Part shown: positions 40,701-53,400 of the stretch, in pieces
How the letters are laid out: every line of letters begins with the position of its first letter
Position numbering within the stretch: position 1 is the stretch's first letter
From: Auanema rhodensis
Taxonomy: Eukaryota > Animalia > Nematoda
Assembly (NCBI GenBank): GCA_964057225.1
Contig: OZ059896.1
Span: 17,918,001-17,982,000 of the forward strand
Direction: 5' to 3'
DNA: 64,000 nucleotides
Translations under genes and position numbers: made by a program
Notes under the pieces: generated by a model
What the model was told of the DNA's origin: nothing
Database searches by the model: none
Seen by the model: only the letters and a program-made list of their open reading frames with translations

Positions 40701-43700
40701 CCCTACTCTAGTTCCTCAAGTTACAATTACTCAAGAAGAACCTGAGGAAGTTCACTCTAGTGCAACATCTGAAGCAGACGCTGTCCGAAGCTTGGAAGAT
40801 GGAGATTCGTTCGAGCAGTACTACGAACGTTCATCTCCTATTCTCGCAGATGAAGAGGAAGAACATGAGCTTGGATATGTTGTGGAGAAAGCTGTTGATG
40901 AATCTGCTGAACTTACTCAAGAAGAACTTGATCATATCGCTCAAATTCAAAGAATGGCCGCTCAGAGTTCTTTCGAAACCACTGGAACCATTCAACCTAT
41001 CCAACCTACTCTCGTTCCTCAAGTTACAGTTACTCAAGAAGAACCTGAGGAAGTTCACTCTAGTGCAACATCTGAAGCAGACATTGACCGAAGCTTTGAA
41101 GCTGCAGGATCGTTCGATCAGTACTATGATCGTTCATCTCCTATTCTCGCAGATGAAGAGGAAGAACATGAGCTTGGATATGTTGTGGAGAAAGCCGTTG
41201 ATGAATCTACTGAACTAACTCAAGAAGAACTTGATCATATTGCTCGTATTCAAAGAATGGCCGCTCAGAGTTCTTTCGAAACCACTGGAACCATTCAACC
41301 TATTCAATCTAGCCAACCTAACCACCCTACTCTAGTTCCTCAAGTTACAGTTACTCAAGAAGAACCTGAGGAAGTTCACTCTAGTGCAACATCTGAAGCA
41401 GACGCTGACCGAAGCTTTGAAGCTGCAGGATCGTTCGATCAGTACTATGATCGTTCATCTCCTATTCTCGCAGATGAAGAGGAAGAACATGAGCTTGGAT
41501 ATGTTGTGGAGAAAGCTGTTGATGAATCTGCTGAACTTACTCAAGAAGAACTTGATCATATCGCTCAAATTCAAAAAATGGCAGCTCAGAGTTCTTTCGA
41601 AACCACTGGAACCATTCAACCTATCCAACCTACTCTAGTTCCTCAAGTTACAGTTACCGAAGAAGACAAGGACGTTCACTCTAGTGCGACATCTGAAGCA
41701 GACGTTGACCGGAGCTTTGAAGCTGCAGGTTCGTTCGAGCAGTACTACGATCGTTCATCTCCTATTCTCGGAGATGAAGAGGAAGAACATGAGCTTGGAT
41801 ATGTTGTGGAGAAAGCCGTTGATGAATCTACTGAACTAACTCAAGAAGAACTTGATCATATTGCTCGTATTCAAAGAATGGCCGCTCAGAGTTCTTTCGA
41901 AACCACTGGAACCATTCAACCTATTCAACCTATCCAACCTAGTCAACCTACTCTAGTTCCTCAAGTTACAATTACTCAAGAAGAACCTGAGGAAGTTCAC
42001 TCTAGTGCAACATCTGAAGCAGACGCTGTCCGAAGCTTGGAAGATGGAGATTCGTTCGAGCAGTACTACGAACGTTCATCTCCTATTCTCGCAGACGAGG
42101 AGAAAGAACATAAGCTTGGATTTGTTGCGGAGAAAGCCGTTGATGAATCTGCTGAACTTACTCAAGAAGAACTTGATCATATCGCTCAGATTCAAAGAAT
42201 GGCAGCTGAAAGTTCCTTTGAAACCACTGTAACCATTCAACCTTGTCAACCTATCCAACCTACTCTCGTTCCTCAAGTTACAGTTACCGAAGAACCTGAG
42301 GAAGTTCACTCTAGTGCAACATCTGAAGCAGACGCTGACCGAAGCTTGGAAGATGGAGATTCGTTCGAGCAGTACTACGAACGTTCATCTCCTATTCTCG
42401 CAGACGAGGAGAAAGAACATAAGCTTGGATTTGTTGCGGAGAAAGCCGTTGATGAATCTGCTGAACTTACTCAAGAAGAACTTGATCATATCGCTCAGAT
42501 TCAAAGAATGGCAGCTGAAAGTTCCTTTGAAACCACTGTAACCATTCAACCTTGTCAACCTATCCAACCTACTCTCGTTCCTCAAGTTACAGTTACCGAC
42601 GAAGCTGAGGAAGTTCACTCTAGTGCAACATCTGAAGCAGACGCTGTCCGAAGCTTGGAAGATGGAGATTCGTTCGATCAGTACTATGATCGTTCATCTC
42701 CTATTCTCGCAGACGAGGAGAAAGAATATGAGCTTGGATTTGTTGCGGAGAAAGCCGTTGATGAATCTGCTGAACTAACTCAAGAAGAACTTGATCATAT
42801 CGCTCAGATTCAAAGAATGGCAGCTGAAAGTTCCTTTGAAACCACTGTAACCATTCAACCTTGTCAACCTATCCAACCTACTCTTGTTCCTCAAGTTACA
42901 GTTACTGAAGAAGCCGAGGAAGTTCACTCTAGTGCGACATCTGAAGCAGACGTTGACCGGAGCTTTGAAGCTGCAGGTTCGTTCGAGCAGTACTACGATC
43001 GTTCATCTGCTATTCTCGCAGACGAGGAGAAAGAATATGAGCTTGGATTTGTTGCGGAGAAACCCGTTGATGAATCTGCTGAACTAACTCAAGAAGAACT
43101 TGATCATATCGCTCAGATTCAAAGAATGGCAGCTGAAAGTTCCTTTGAAACCACTGTAACCATTCAACCTTGTCAACCTAACCACCCTACTCTAGTTCCT
43201 CAAGTTACAGTTACTGAAGAAGCCGAGGAAGTTCACTCTAGTGCGACATCTGAAGCAGACGTTGACCGGAGCTTTGAAGCTGCAGGATCGTTCGATCAGT
43301 ACTACGATCGTTCATCTCCTATTCTCGCAGACGAGGAGAAAGAATATGAGCTTGGATTTGTTGCGGAGAAACCCGTTGATGAATCTGCTGAACTAACTCA
43401 AGAAGAACTTGATCATATTGCTCGTGTAGAGCAACTAGCCGATGATACTATGTTTATGGATATTATGAGTGATGAAAAAATAACTGTGATTGAAAATATA
43501 AGACACAATAGCAATCTTAGGCCAGAAATGGTAGTTAACACTGATCATCTGAATATTAATCAGCATAGCCATGTTGAAGATAGCAAACATATTTATGATC
43601 TTGCCGAAATGTTCTCAAAACGATACGAGGAAGCGGAAAGAAATTCACGTGGACGACCGGTTTCTTCAAAGAGCTGGAGTGTTTGCCAAAACATAGAAAG

Positions 43701-46700
43701 TAGCAAGGATTCTGTTGGTAAATCTTCTAGTTTACCACATGGCTATAGAAGAACTTCTGTTGTTTATTCTTCATGTGTAAAGTCTTCTGATTATCTTGAT
43801 AGTGAAAATATCAGAAGCCATTCAATGACACTTCAGAAATCAGATAAAGATATCTTACGTAGAGAAAGTAGTGTTCATGTTGTTTATACGGATCATTCAC
43901 TACGAGCATCTCAATCATCACACCAATGTGATGATGAAGATGATGTTGACAAAATCATATCGAACACTAATGAAGGATTTGTTCCGAAAGAGAATGCTTT
44001 CTTATTACTTTGGGATGAGATTGGTACTGTGGATCAGGATACAACTCCGAAGGTATCACCAACAGTTTTACGTCGTTCGCTTAGTGACATAGTAATCGAT
44101 GCTCTTGAGCCTCCTATGGAATCATTACGAGCTTCGTACAGTGCTAACTGCGTGAATAAGACATGTGATGCCTGTCGTATAGCTCATAATGCGTTTGAAA
44201 GTTGTGAACAACATAGCTATATAGATAGTAAAGATTTGCTATGTAATGTGGATTTCTTATGTCGCTTGAACTTTGCTGCGAATCGTCTGACTGAAGATAT
44301 TGCGGAAATAGCTGGCAGGGAGTTGCAAGCTTACTATCGAGCACAGTCGAATCCACGAGCTCGATATTTCTCGGACAATCGCTATGCTGGTAAATCAGAA
44401 CAAGAAAGTGACAGTGAAGAAGATACTAGAATTAAGTAAGTTTTATAAATATTAATTTCCATGTTTGTCCAGATAATTAAGATGTTCAAGTTGTTTCCTC
44501 TACAATCTGGCCATAAATATATTTATATTTATTTATTATTTCAGACGTGATATATCTGCTGCAGCTGCTGCTGTTGCTGCTTCTACAACAACAGAAGCAA
44601 CTCCTTTTGGATTATTTTCATTCTTTTCACCAAAGAGAAGCATTTCTGAACGACCACGATCTGCTTTGTCATTTTTATCTGGTCCAGAAAGAAGACCTCG
44701 TAAACAATCTGATGAAAAACCAGACTTTATGCAACTTCTACGAAGGTAATATCATTCAATGTATTATTATATCAATTAAATATGTATGCTTCAGATCATC
44801 AAGAGCTGAAGCTCGTGGTTCGATTGATAGCACTGTTCGAATACCGGATGATGCACTACAAGGATTATCAGATCAAGAACGTGAGCATATCATGAGCGTA
44901 TTGAACAAATCTGCCCGCTCTCCATCTGTATCACGACGACCATCATCTGTTCTTCAAACCGTACCAGATCTCGAAAAACTTTCACAAGCTGAAAGAGAAC
45001 ATATTCAAAGTGTTTTGGAGAAGGCTGAGAAGAAACCATTGCCATTCATGATTCCAGTTCAAACACATGCCAAACGATTCAGTCGTGGAGAATCAATACA
45101 AACTGAAGCAACCGAACCATACTCTGGTGCATCAACTAATTCAAATTGCAGTGTTGATGTAGTTGACTCAAAACCATTAACTCAATTATCTACAACATAT
45201 GCTTTGGAAACACCACAAATTGATCTATCAAAACACGAAACTCCAATTCTTGTTGGAACACCAGATAGGGAAGATGTAGAAGATTACACACCTACAGAGA
45301 TGGAACCAGAAATGTTAACCAATCCTGATCAAAAAACTTCTGGATACAAAGCTACTCCGCCACCTCCTATCGATATCCAAACAGCTACACCTCCACTAAC
45401 AGCTCGTTCAGATTCATCAAAGCCAACTTCTGCTTCATCATTTGGTTTCCAAACACCATCATTTGGAGGAATCAAATCATTTTTCGGAAAAGCATCGCAA
45501 CAAGTTAAAAATGCTGCCGATCAGTTTTCAAAGGAAACAAGTGGAACAGATATACTTCGTGCTCCTACACAAAAGCCGTCAAATGAGCCCACATCACAAA
45601 TAACTGATGAAGAGATGAGACACATACAAGAAGTGCTTCAGAAGGCTGAGCAATCTTTGATGAGATCATCTGTACCTGATGTGCCTGTTATACCATCAAA
45701 ACTTCCTTTGACTGATGATGAGTTACACCATATTCGAAAAATTAATGAACAGGCCGAACGTGAGCTTATGGCAATGAACAAATCGAAGAAAGAGGATCAT
45801 GAAGTTCATTCGTCAAAGATTCAAAGCTCTGATGGTTCTCCACAGGAACTCACTCAGGAAGAACTTGATCATATCATGAGAATTGCTCAAATGGCGGAAG
45901 ATGACTCATTTACTCCTCAATTTGGTCAGAAGGCCATACTTTCTCAACCGATTCAACCAAAATCTGTATCAACCTTAGACAGATACGCACATGATCTCAC
46001 AGACGAAGAACTTGATCATATTTCTAGAATACAGGAGATGGCTGATGCTGAGGTGATGATGCCAGTTCAAAAGAAAGCTCTACCAAAAACACCTGAGCCT
46101 GTTGTTCCTGAACTGTCACAAGAAGAACTTGATCATATTCGAAGAATTCAAGAAAGGGCTGATGCTGAGTTAACCGAAGCCGTTCAATCTAAGGTACGGC
46201 CTATTCCAAATCCAAAGCCGGAGAGCATTGAGTTAACACAAGAGGAGCTTGACCACATCCGTCGTATTCAAGAAATGGCTGATACAGAGTTAACAATATC
46301 ATCTTCTAGTGTTTTCAAGACGATGCTGCCAACGCAGACACCAGTTCCAGACTTATCGCAGGAACAAATTGATCATATTCGTCGAGTTCAGGAGATGGCT
46401 GACGCACAGTTGAGTATGCCCTCTGGGCCTATTTTCCAATCAACGCCTACACCTGTGCCTCAAGAACCTGAACTATCACAAGAAGAAATTGATCATATTC
46501 GTCGAATCGCAGAGATGGCTGACGCACAGTTGAGTATGCCTTCTGGGCCTATTTTCAAATCAACGCCTACACCTGTGCCTCAAGAACCTGAACTATCGCA
46601 AGAAGAAATTGATCATATCCGTCGAGTTCAGGAGATGGCTGACGCACAGTTGAGTATGCCTTCTGGGCCTATTTTCAAATCAACGCCTACACCTGTGCCT

Positions 46701-49700
46701 CAAGAACCTGAACTATCACAAGAAGAACTTGATCATATTCGTCGAATCGCGGAGATGGCTGATGCTGAGTTTACTATTCCAGCTCCAGCAAGACCAACTC
46801 AATCTTCAGAATTATCTGCAGAAGAGTTAGCTCATATCCGTGGCATACAAGAAATGGCTGATTCAGAATTCAGAATGCCTTCTGTCAAACATGCTGAACC
46901 AATTACTCAAGTTCCAGATATGTCAGAAGAAGAATTAGAGCACATTCTTCGTATTCAAGAAATGGCGGAAGCAGATCTTCAGTCAACGTTTGTCAAATCA
47001 CCGGCCCAATATACTAATGTTACTGCTGAAGAACTTGCTCACATTGAACGTATTCAACGATTAGCTGATACCGAAGTCATGTCTTCTGAACCACAATTCA
47101 TGAGACACTTGTCGGAATCACCATATTCATCAGCTGATGAGCAACTTCAATCGTCTCTATCCGAATATTCGGATGATTTAGAAGCTTCAATGGAACCTTA
47201 TAACGTTGTTTCTAATAATATGGAACCTCAGTATAATCTAACTCAAGAAGAGCTTGAACATATCCGACATATTTCTGAGCTTGCTGACCTAGATTCACGA
47301 AAGCCATCAGCGATACCCCAACCACGCATGCCGTCTGACACACCGCAATTAAGTTTGGAAGAACTAGAGCATATTAAGCGCATTGCTTCTCTAGCAGATC
47401 AAGACATGATACTTACATCTGGAGCAATGGCTGCAACTCAGCCATACACTGCTACTGCTAGCAACGAGTGGAATGAACCTCACTTGCCTGAAGCAAATTC
47501 TGCAATGGAACACTACTATGCTGCAGACAAACAGGATCTCCGCTCGGAAACTATCGATGTAGAGCATACTAAGCTGAATAAGCTTTTGGTTGAAGTTGGC
47601 TCTCAAGATTTCGTGTTAGATGTTGAGCAGGGCATTCCTGCATCATCTGAAATGACTTTGCCAGATACTGCTGTTCGTACAGATGCTGATATTGAAGATG
47701 TTCTGTCGCCCATGCATTATGTTTCGCAACATGAAGATGACTACAGTGATGCGTCAAGCCGTGAACGTGGCAGTAAATCTCTACCAAGTGCTCGTTCAAG
47801 TGATTTCGATATCAAATCAGTTGATGAGATGAGACAAGAAATGAAATCGAACATTGGACATTGGTATGAAGAGCAATTATCATTTATGAAGGAGACAATT
47901 CAAGATGAAGAAGCAAACAGCGATATCATTGAGAATGAAAGTATGTCTACTGGAAATTTTTTTTTTATCCTAAAACTTTATTTTCAGATGCTGTACAAGC
48001 AGCTGAAGATGAAGATATATGGGGAGGAATGGTTGAAGATGATATGTTATCACTTGGTGATATGAAGACTCGTCTATCTCCTGAGATGGTGGATTATTCT
48101 AACAACGTGTTACCGTCAGGTATAACTTGTTAAATATTTTAATTATAATAATAGCTATATAATGAAAATAGCGTTTCAAGACCAATTTTTTTTGTTTTGA
48201 AACCCATAAAATTTTTGTTGAAATATTAGTATAGACATGATGTGTTTAAAAACAAGAGTGTCAACTTCATCTACATCTTTGTCTATATTAGAGACGGAGA
48301 AAGGTCGTCTAGAATAGAAAAAGTAGAAAGAGAAAGAATGAAAGCATGAGAAAGAGAGATTAAAGAAAGGAAAACGAGAGTATAGCCCAAGTAACAACAT
48401 CAACTCAATTCAAATTCTCTCACACATTTTGTTTGATTTTCATATGTTTCAAATGGAAAAGAAGAACTACATATTAAGTTACATCATTTCCCGTTTCCGT
48501 CTTTATCTTTTTCGGAGAAATAAAAATATATACTTATATTCTATAATCTATATATATATATATATAATATATTCCATATAATCTAATATTTTTAACAAAA
48601 AATATTAGTAAAATATTAAATTTAAATGTTTTTTTAGCCCTTAAATTACTTTGATAGTCTTTTCTCTTTTTAATTAAATTATTTAAATTATATTAAACTT
48701 TTACTAAAATCTATAGTTTTAACTTTGAAACATCAAGAATCTTTTATGAACTTTATCTTTAAACCTTTTAATATAAAACTTAAAATAGTAATTCTATTTA
48801 ATGATATATGTACTAACTATATATATATAATATATAAAATTAATTTAAATGAACATTTTCATTTAAGAATAATTGAATCTAAAGAAGAATAAAAAAAAAC
48901 TTCTGAATTAATAATTTAGCTTTAAAGATAATAAATCAAAATCATATTATAACAAGATTGAAGATTTTACTTTGAATTATTTGAAGATTTCAATATTTTT
49001 TTGACAAAGATATACATGTATGTTTCGTTATATGTATATATATATAATTATATATATATATATATATATATGTTTATCTTTGCTTTTTTGTGTTAAAACT
49101 ATCAAGAAAAAATAATTTTCCATTTAAAGTAGTCTCTGCTACTTCTCTCCTTCTCCTGTAATTATATTGAACTGCCGATCAACATCGTGTGTGATGCGTT
49201 ATTGCTCTCATCTAGAGCTTAGCTTCAGCTCATCTGATTTGTGGTCAAGGGGCTGGAGCGAAGGAGAAGCGAAGAAAGACGATGGCCTGACATGAGTTGA
49301 GAACTAAGTCATATCAGTTTGGAATAACAACATGCCAATGGCTATATCTAGCTTCCAAGCGGCTATTCTTCTTAGACGACGCCTGAAACAAAGCTTCTCG
49401 CTCATTGATTCTGCTTATAGCACTTGAAAAGCTTGAAAAGTCAAATTTGTATTCTCGTTCTCATGCTAATTTGCATACAGAATGACATGACATACAAACG
49501 TTGTCTAGTATAAAAGCTTGATATGATTTTGGGCTTCAAATTCAAATTCAAATTTTTTTTAATATTTTTGTAAAAATAAGAGAATATAAAAAACATATTT
49601 TATTTACAAAATAAAACAAAACAAACAATAATAATACAAAAAAAAGTTTTCTACAAAATTTATTTTAGTATATTGATTATCAAATAATATTATTTTAAAT

Positions 49701-49837
49701 TCAAAGCTGTCACTCATTCAGCTTGCCTTGCGTGCTTGCATCTCCAATTTTTTCAAAATTTGTCAAAAATGCAATGGTCGAAACATATCCGGAACACTTA
49801 TAGAGCCCGTAGTTCTTTCTTGCTATATGAATCCTCA

Positions 49838-49885
<48 letters not shown>

Positions 49886-50444
49886 TCCAGAGATATAGGA
49901 GTGTTAGACCTTCAGCATGCATTTACAAAATGCATTTCAAAAACGAAAACACTGCCTTCTGTTTTCTAGCTAGTAAAGCTTCGGCATAATCTGAATGCTC
50001 AGTTGATTTTCATGGACTTCTTGAGTCTAAATAGTTCTAATTATTGGCCAGCAGATGAAAAATGAGGGGAAAGTTAACAAAAAAAATAATAAAAGATAGG
50101 AATAAATATAATTTTCAATAATAATAATAAGTTTGTATGAAAAAAGAACCTTAAATTTGCTTGAAATGGTCTTCAAAATTATTGAAAATAACAAAAAAAT
50201 TTTTAATTTCTTCTGATTTTTTATAAAAAAAAATGAAATAAAGCTGGCTATTCTATTACTTGCTTTCATCCATGAAATAAAGTAAAATCTCACATTTCAT
50301 TTCTCAAATTTATTCAGAAGAAAAAAAAGAAGAAAAAGATATGAAAATTACATGATCGTCTATGAAGGATCATGCTTCCAAAGTAAAAAAGGAAAAACGA
50401 GTCAAATTTCCTTTCTAAAAAATGAATAAAGAAAGAGAGAAACG

Positions 50445-50480
<36 letters not shown>

Positions 50481-53400
50481 TAGAGAGAAGAGCCAATTCA
50501 TATAAGGATGATCTATCCTTTTGAAAATGAATTACTCTATATGTGTATACTTGGCTTAATATACGCACAGCCAGATGTTCAACTGTCAATATCTTTGTAA
50601 TATTCCATAAGATAATTCCGACCATCTTTGAAAGAAGGGTGTGAAACTGCATTTGCTGCATCATCTCATCTCTCCTTCATGTACGAAATGTTTCATCTAA
50701 TCAAGCTGGACAGCAGTAACCTCACTGCCAGCCTATACTATATGTCATGAGCTTCAAGGCCAGATGTCCTTTAGATTAAATTAAATATAATAATAACAAT
50801 AATAAAATATAAATATTTATATTTGCATAAACAAAAATATAAAAAAAACAAATTATTTTTTAAAAAAATATTCACAGATATATTTTTTAAAAAAGTTGTT
50901 CATAATCAGCATTAAGAAACGAGCATATCTGTAAAGTGCTTGTTATGAAAAAAAACTCAAAAAACACAACATTTTCTTGATACAAACAGGAGAAAAACTC
51001 AAAAAAAAAATAAACCTATATGAAAAGTGGTTAAAAAACCTTCACTATTCTTCTATTTTCAACAAAATAAATACATAAATGTTTATTTTTTTTTGTTAAA
51101 ATAAGACATAATATGGAATATATTTACATATCTGAATGTATACTTTTAGGTGAATCGATGTCCGCAAGCTATGCTGAGGCTGCTGCTAGTAGTGGTAGTG
51201 GTTCCAATAGCAATAGCCATACGAGGCTTGGTCTGCTCCCCTCGTTTATCGATCATAGTCCTCCTTCTCCTTCTGTTTCTCTTGCACAGCCTCATCCGCC
51301 GTCCACTGCTTTTTCCGCTTCTACTGCTGCTTCTACTGCTCCTCCTTCTTCTCTTGCTGCTGCTTCTACTTTGACGTCCTCGACGTCGTCTATTACACGT
51401 ATTACATCTGAATCTGGCACATCGACGTCATTCCCATCAACAGCTCCTTCACGTGTATTAAATATGTTCTCGACATCATCTAAGCCGTCTACATCATTCG
51501 GTTTTGCTAGTTTTGGTAAATTTGCAAGTGGAGCAATTCAGAAGGTGATTTATAATATTTGTTTATTTGACCTTTTATTTATTTTTTTCTATAAATCAAT
51601 TCATATTTTTCAATTTCCCTCCATTAAAGTCATTCAATAAATTTCTTTGAGTACTTGAACTTTCCTTCCCCATTATGTACTCTTTCGAATTCAATTTTTT
51701 TCATATTCCCATTCCTTTTTCCTTTTTTTTTTTATTTTAGAAAATAAAAAAAAGAATTACAACAAATTTTATTTTTGATTATGATAAATATTTTTTTCTT
51801 CTAGGCTAAGCAAGCCGGTGAACAACTTCAAGCAGCCGTAGATTTAGCTCCTCAGCCTAGCACTAGTAGTAGTTATCAGGTTTGTTTATGTTTTCTTCAT
51901 GCTTATCCATATATGAATATAAGCAATAATTTACTTTTTATTCTTCATTTCCTTTCTTTTTTTATTTTTATTTGCTTTCAACTTACCTTATTTTCTTTTT
52001 CATTGTTCTTTTTCAGTTTATTTATAATCGTAAATCAGCTAATTCTAAGTAATTCATGATAAAATTTTGATTTTTTTCAACATAAAAAGACTTTTCAAAT
52101 TTAGTATTTATATTTTTTTGAATAAGAAATTGTTTCTTTTTCATTTAAGAATCCTTTTTTTGATTATTTTTATCAAACCTATAGTAATGTATTATCTAAC
52201 AACTAAATATAATTTATATTTTAAAGAAATTTTTCTCATTTTCTTCTTCTTTTCATATTTTATAAACTAAACTTGAATTTTGATTATATTATATTTGATT
52301 GTTTTCTAATTTTTTTATTTTTTTTTCCAAAATTTTCAATATTTACTTTTTTTACTTTAATTAATCCGAAATAACACCAAAATTTGTGAAGAAAAAGGAA
52401 TTTTCTAAGTATTATTTTGGATGAAATTCATTAGTTATTACCTGATTCGCGGAAATTTTTGTTTTTCCATTTTTTTTGGCTTGTAAATTCAAAGACATAG
52501 TAGCTATTTGATTCCATTAATACTAAAATATTTTAAAAAGAAATAAGTTTTAACGTGATCATCATTTTGAAAAAATTTATTTTCGTTTGAAAACTTTATA
52601 AAATATCCTCAGGCGTTCTTTTCTTCATCGTACATCAATGAAGTAACACTCTGCGATGCTTCTACTTTTATAACAATCAAACTCAAAGTTTAAATAATTA
52701 ATTTTATATAATTCTATATAACTATATAAAAATTATTTTTTAATTATTATATAAATATTCATCGTATATATATACAAACATACATTTACATACATGCATC
52801 TATGTATGTACGTGTATGTTTCATCTTCTGTTCGTATAAATGTTTCAAACATCCTGCTCAACTCACTGCTTCCTCTATTTCTTGCCACCCCGTTGATTTG
52901 ATTTTACTATTGCTTTTCCGTTTTTTTTATACATTTTCTCTTCACTAAACTATAGTTGTGAGGAGTGCAGTGAACTAATGAAACATTATTTGTTTTTCAT
53001 TATGTAAGTTCATTCTTTTGGAAGAATTTTCCAACTTTTTCTTTTAATTTATCGTAACTATATTCTGCTATTCAATATATTCTCAAGTTTACATTTCAAA
53101 CTAGTTGAAATTAGCTATATTATAGTGAAGCTTATAAAATAGAAATACGAAAATCAAATGATGAATCTTTTTTTTTGTTAACTCACTAGATTAAGTTTGA
53201 CAAGCGGCAACAAGCTTCCAATATGAAAATTTTAACGGTTTGCTCAATTACCCAAAAAAAGAAGAAAAAAAAAAGAATAGTATTGTTGTCTTTTTCTGTT
53301 TATATTTACGTAATAGCAGATTTCCGAATAGCATGTTGTCGTACTCTAATGGACAAACTCGATTACCGCTCGCCCAATTTCTGTCTTTCGCTTATAGCCG

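Noticed and set aside
16331-43087. Dozens of recurring 60-191 aa alternative-frame and antisense ORFs (MLEFSDC..., MKLLDRL..., MTRLDRL...)
   Set aside because: They are shadows of the coding repeats; they recur only because the underlying units recur and are broken by stops in many copies.
16423-43425. CRISPR array, satellite DNA or transposon interpretation of the tandem arrays
   Set aside because: There are no unique spacers, cas genes, terminal repeats or transposase motifs. The arrays maintain one protein frame within a spliced eukaryotic gene.
16057-44439. The 9460-aa ORF as a standalone intronless gene
   Set aside because: The frame is open upstream to an acceptor at 15891, and its TAA lies inside a consensus GTAAGT donor that splices in frame to 44545. 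It is an internal exon.
44547-48065. N- and C-termini of the 1172-aa ORF
   Set aside because: The first ~83 and last ~40 residues come from an out-of-frame exon and intron read-through. The supported exon is 44795-47940.
49710-50664. ORFs containing RERERE or SLSLSL runs (also at ~53200-53600 and ~61780-62130)
   Set aside because: These are translations of GA/TC microsatellites in non-coding DNA.
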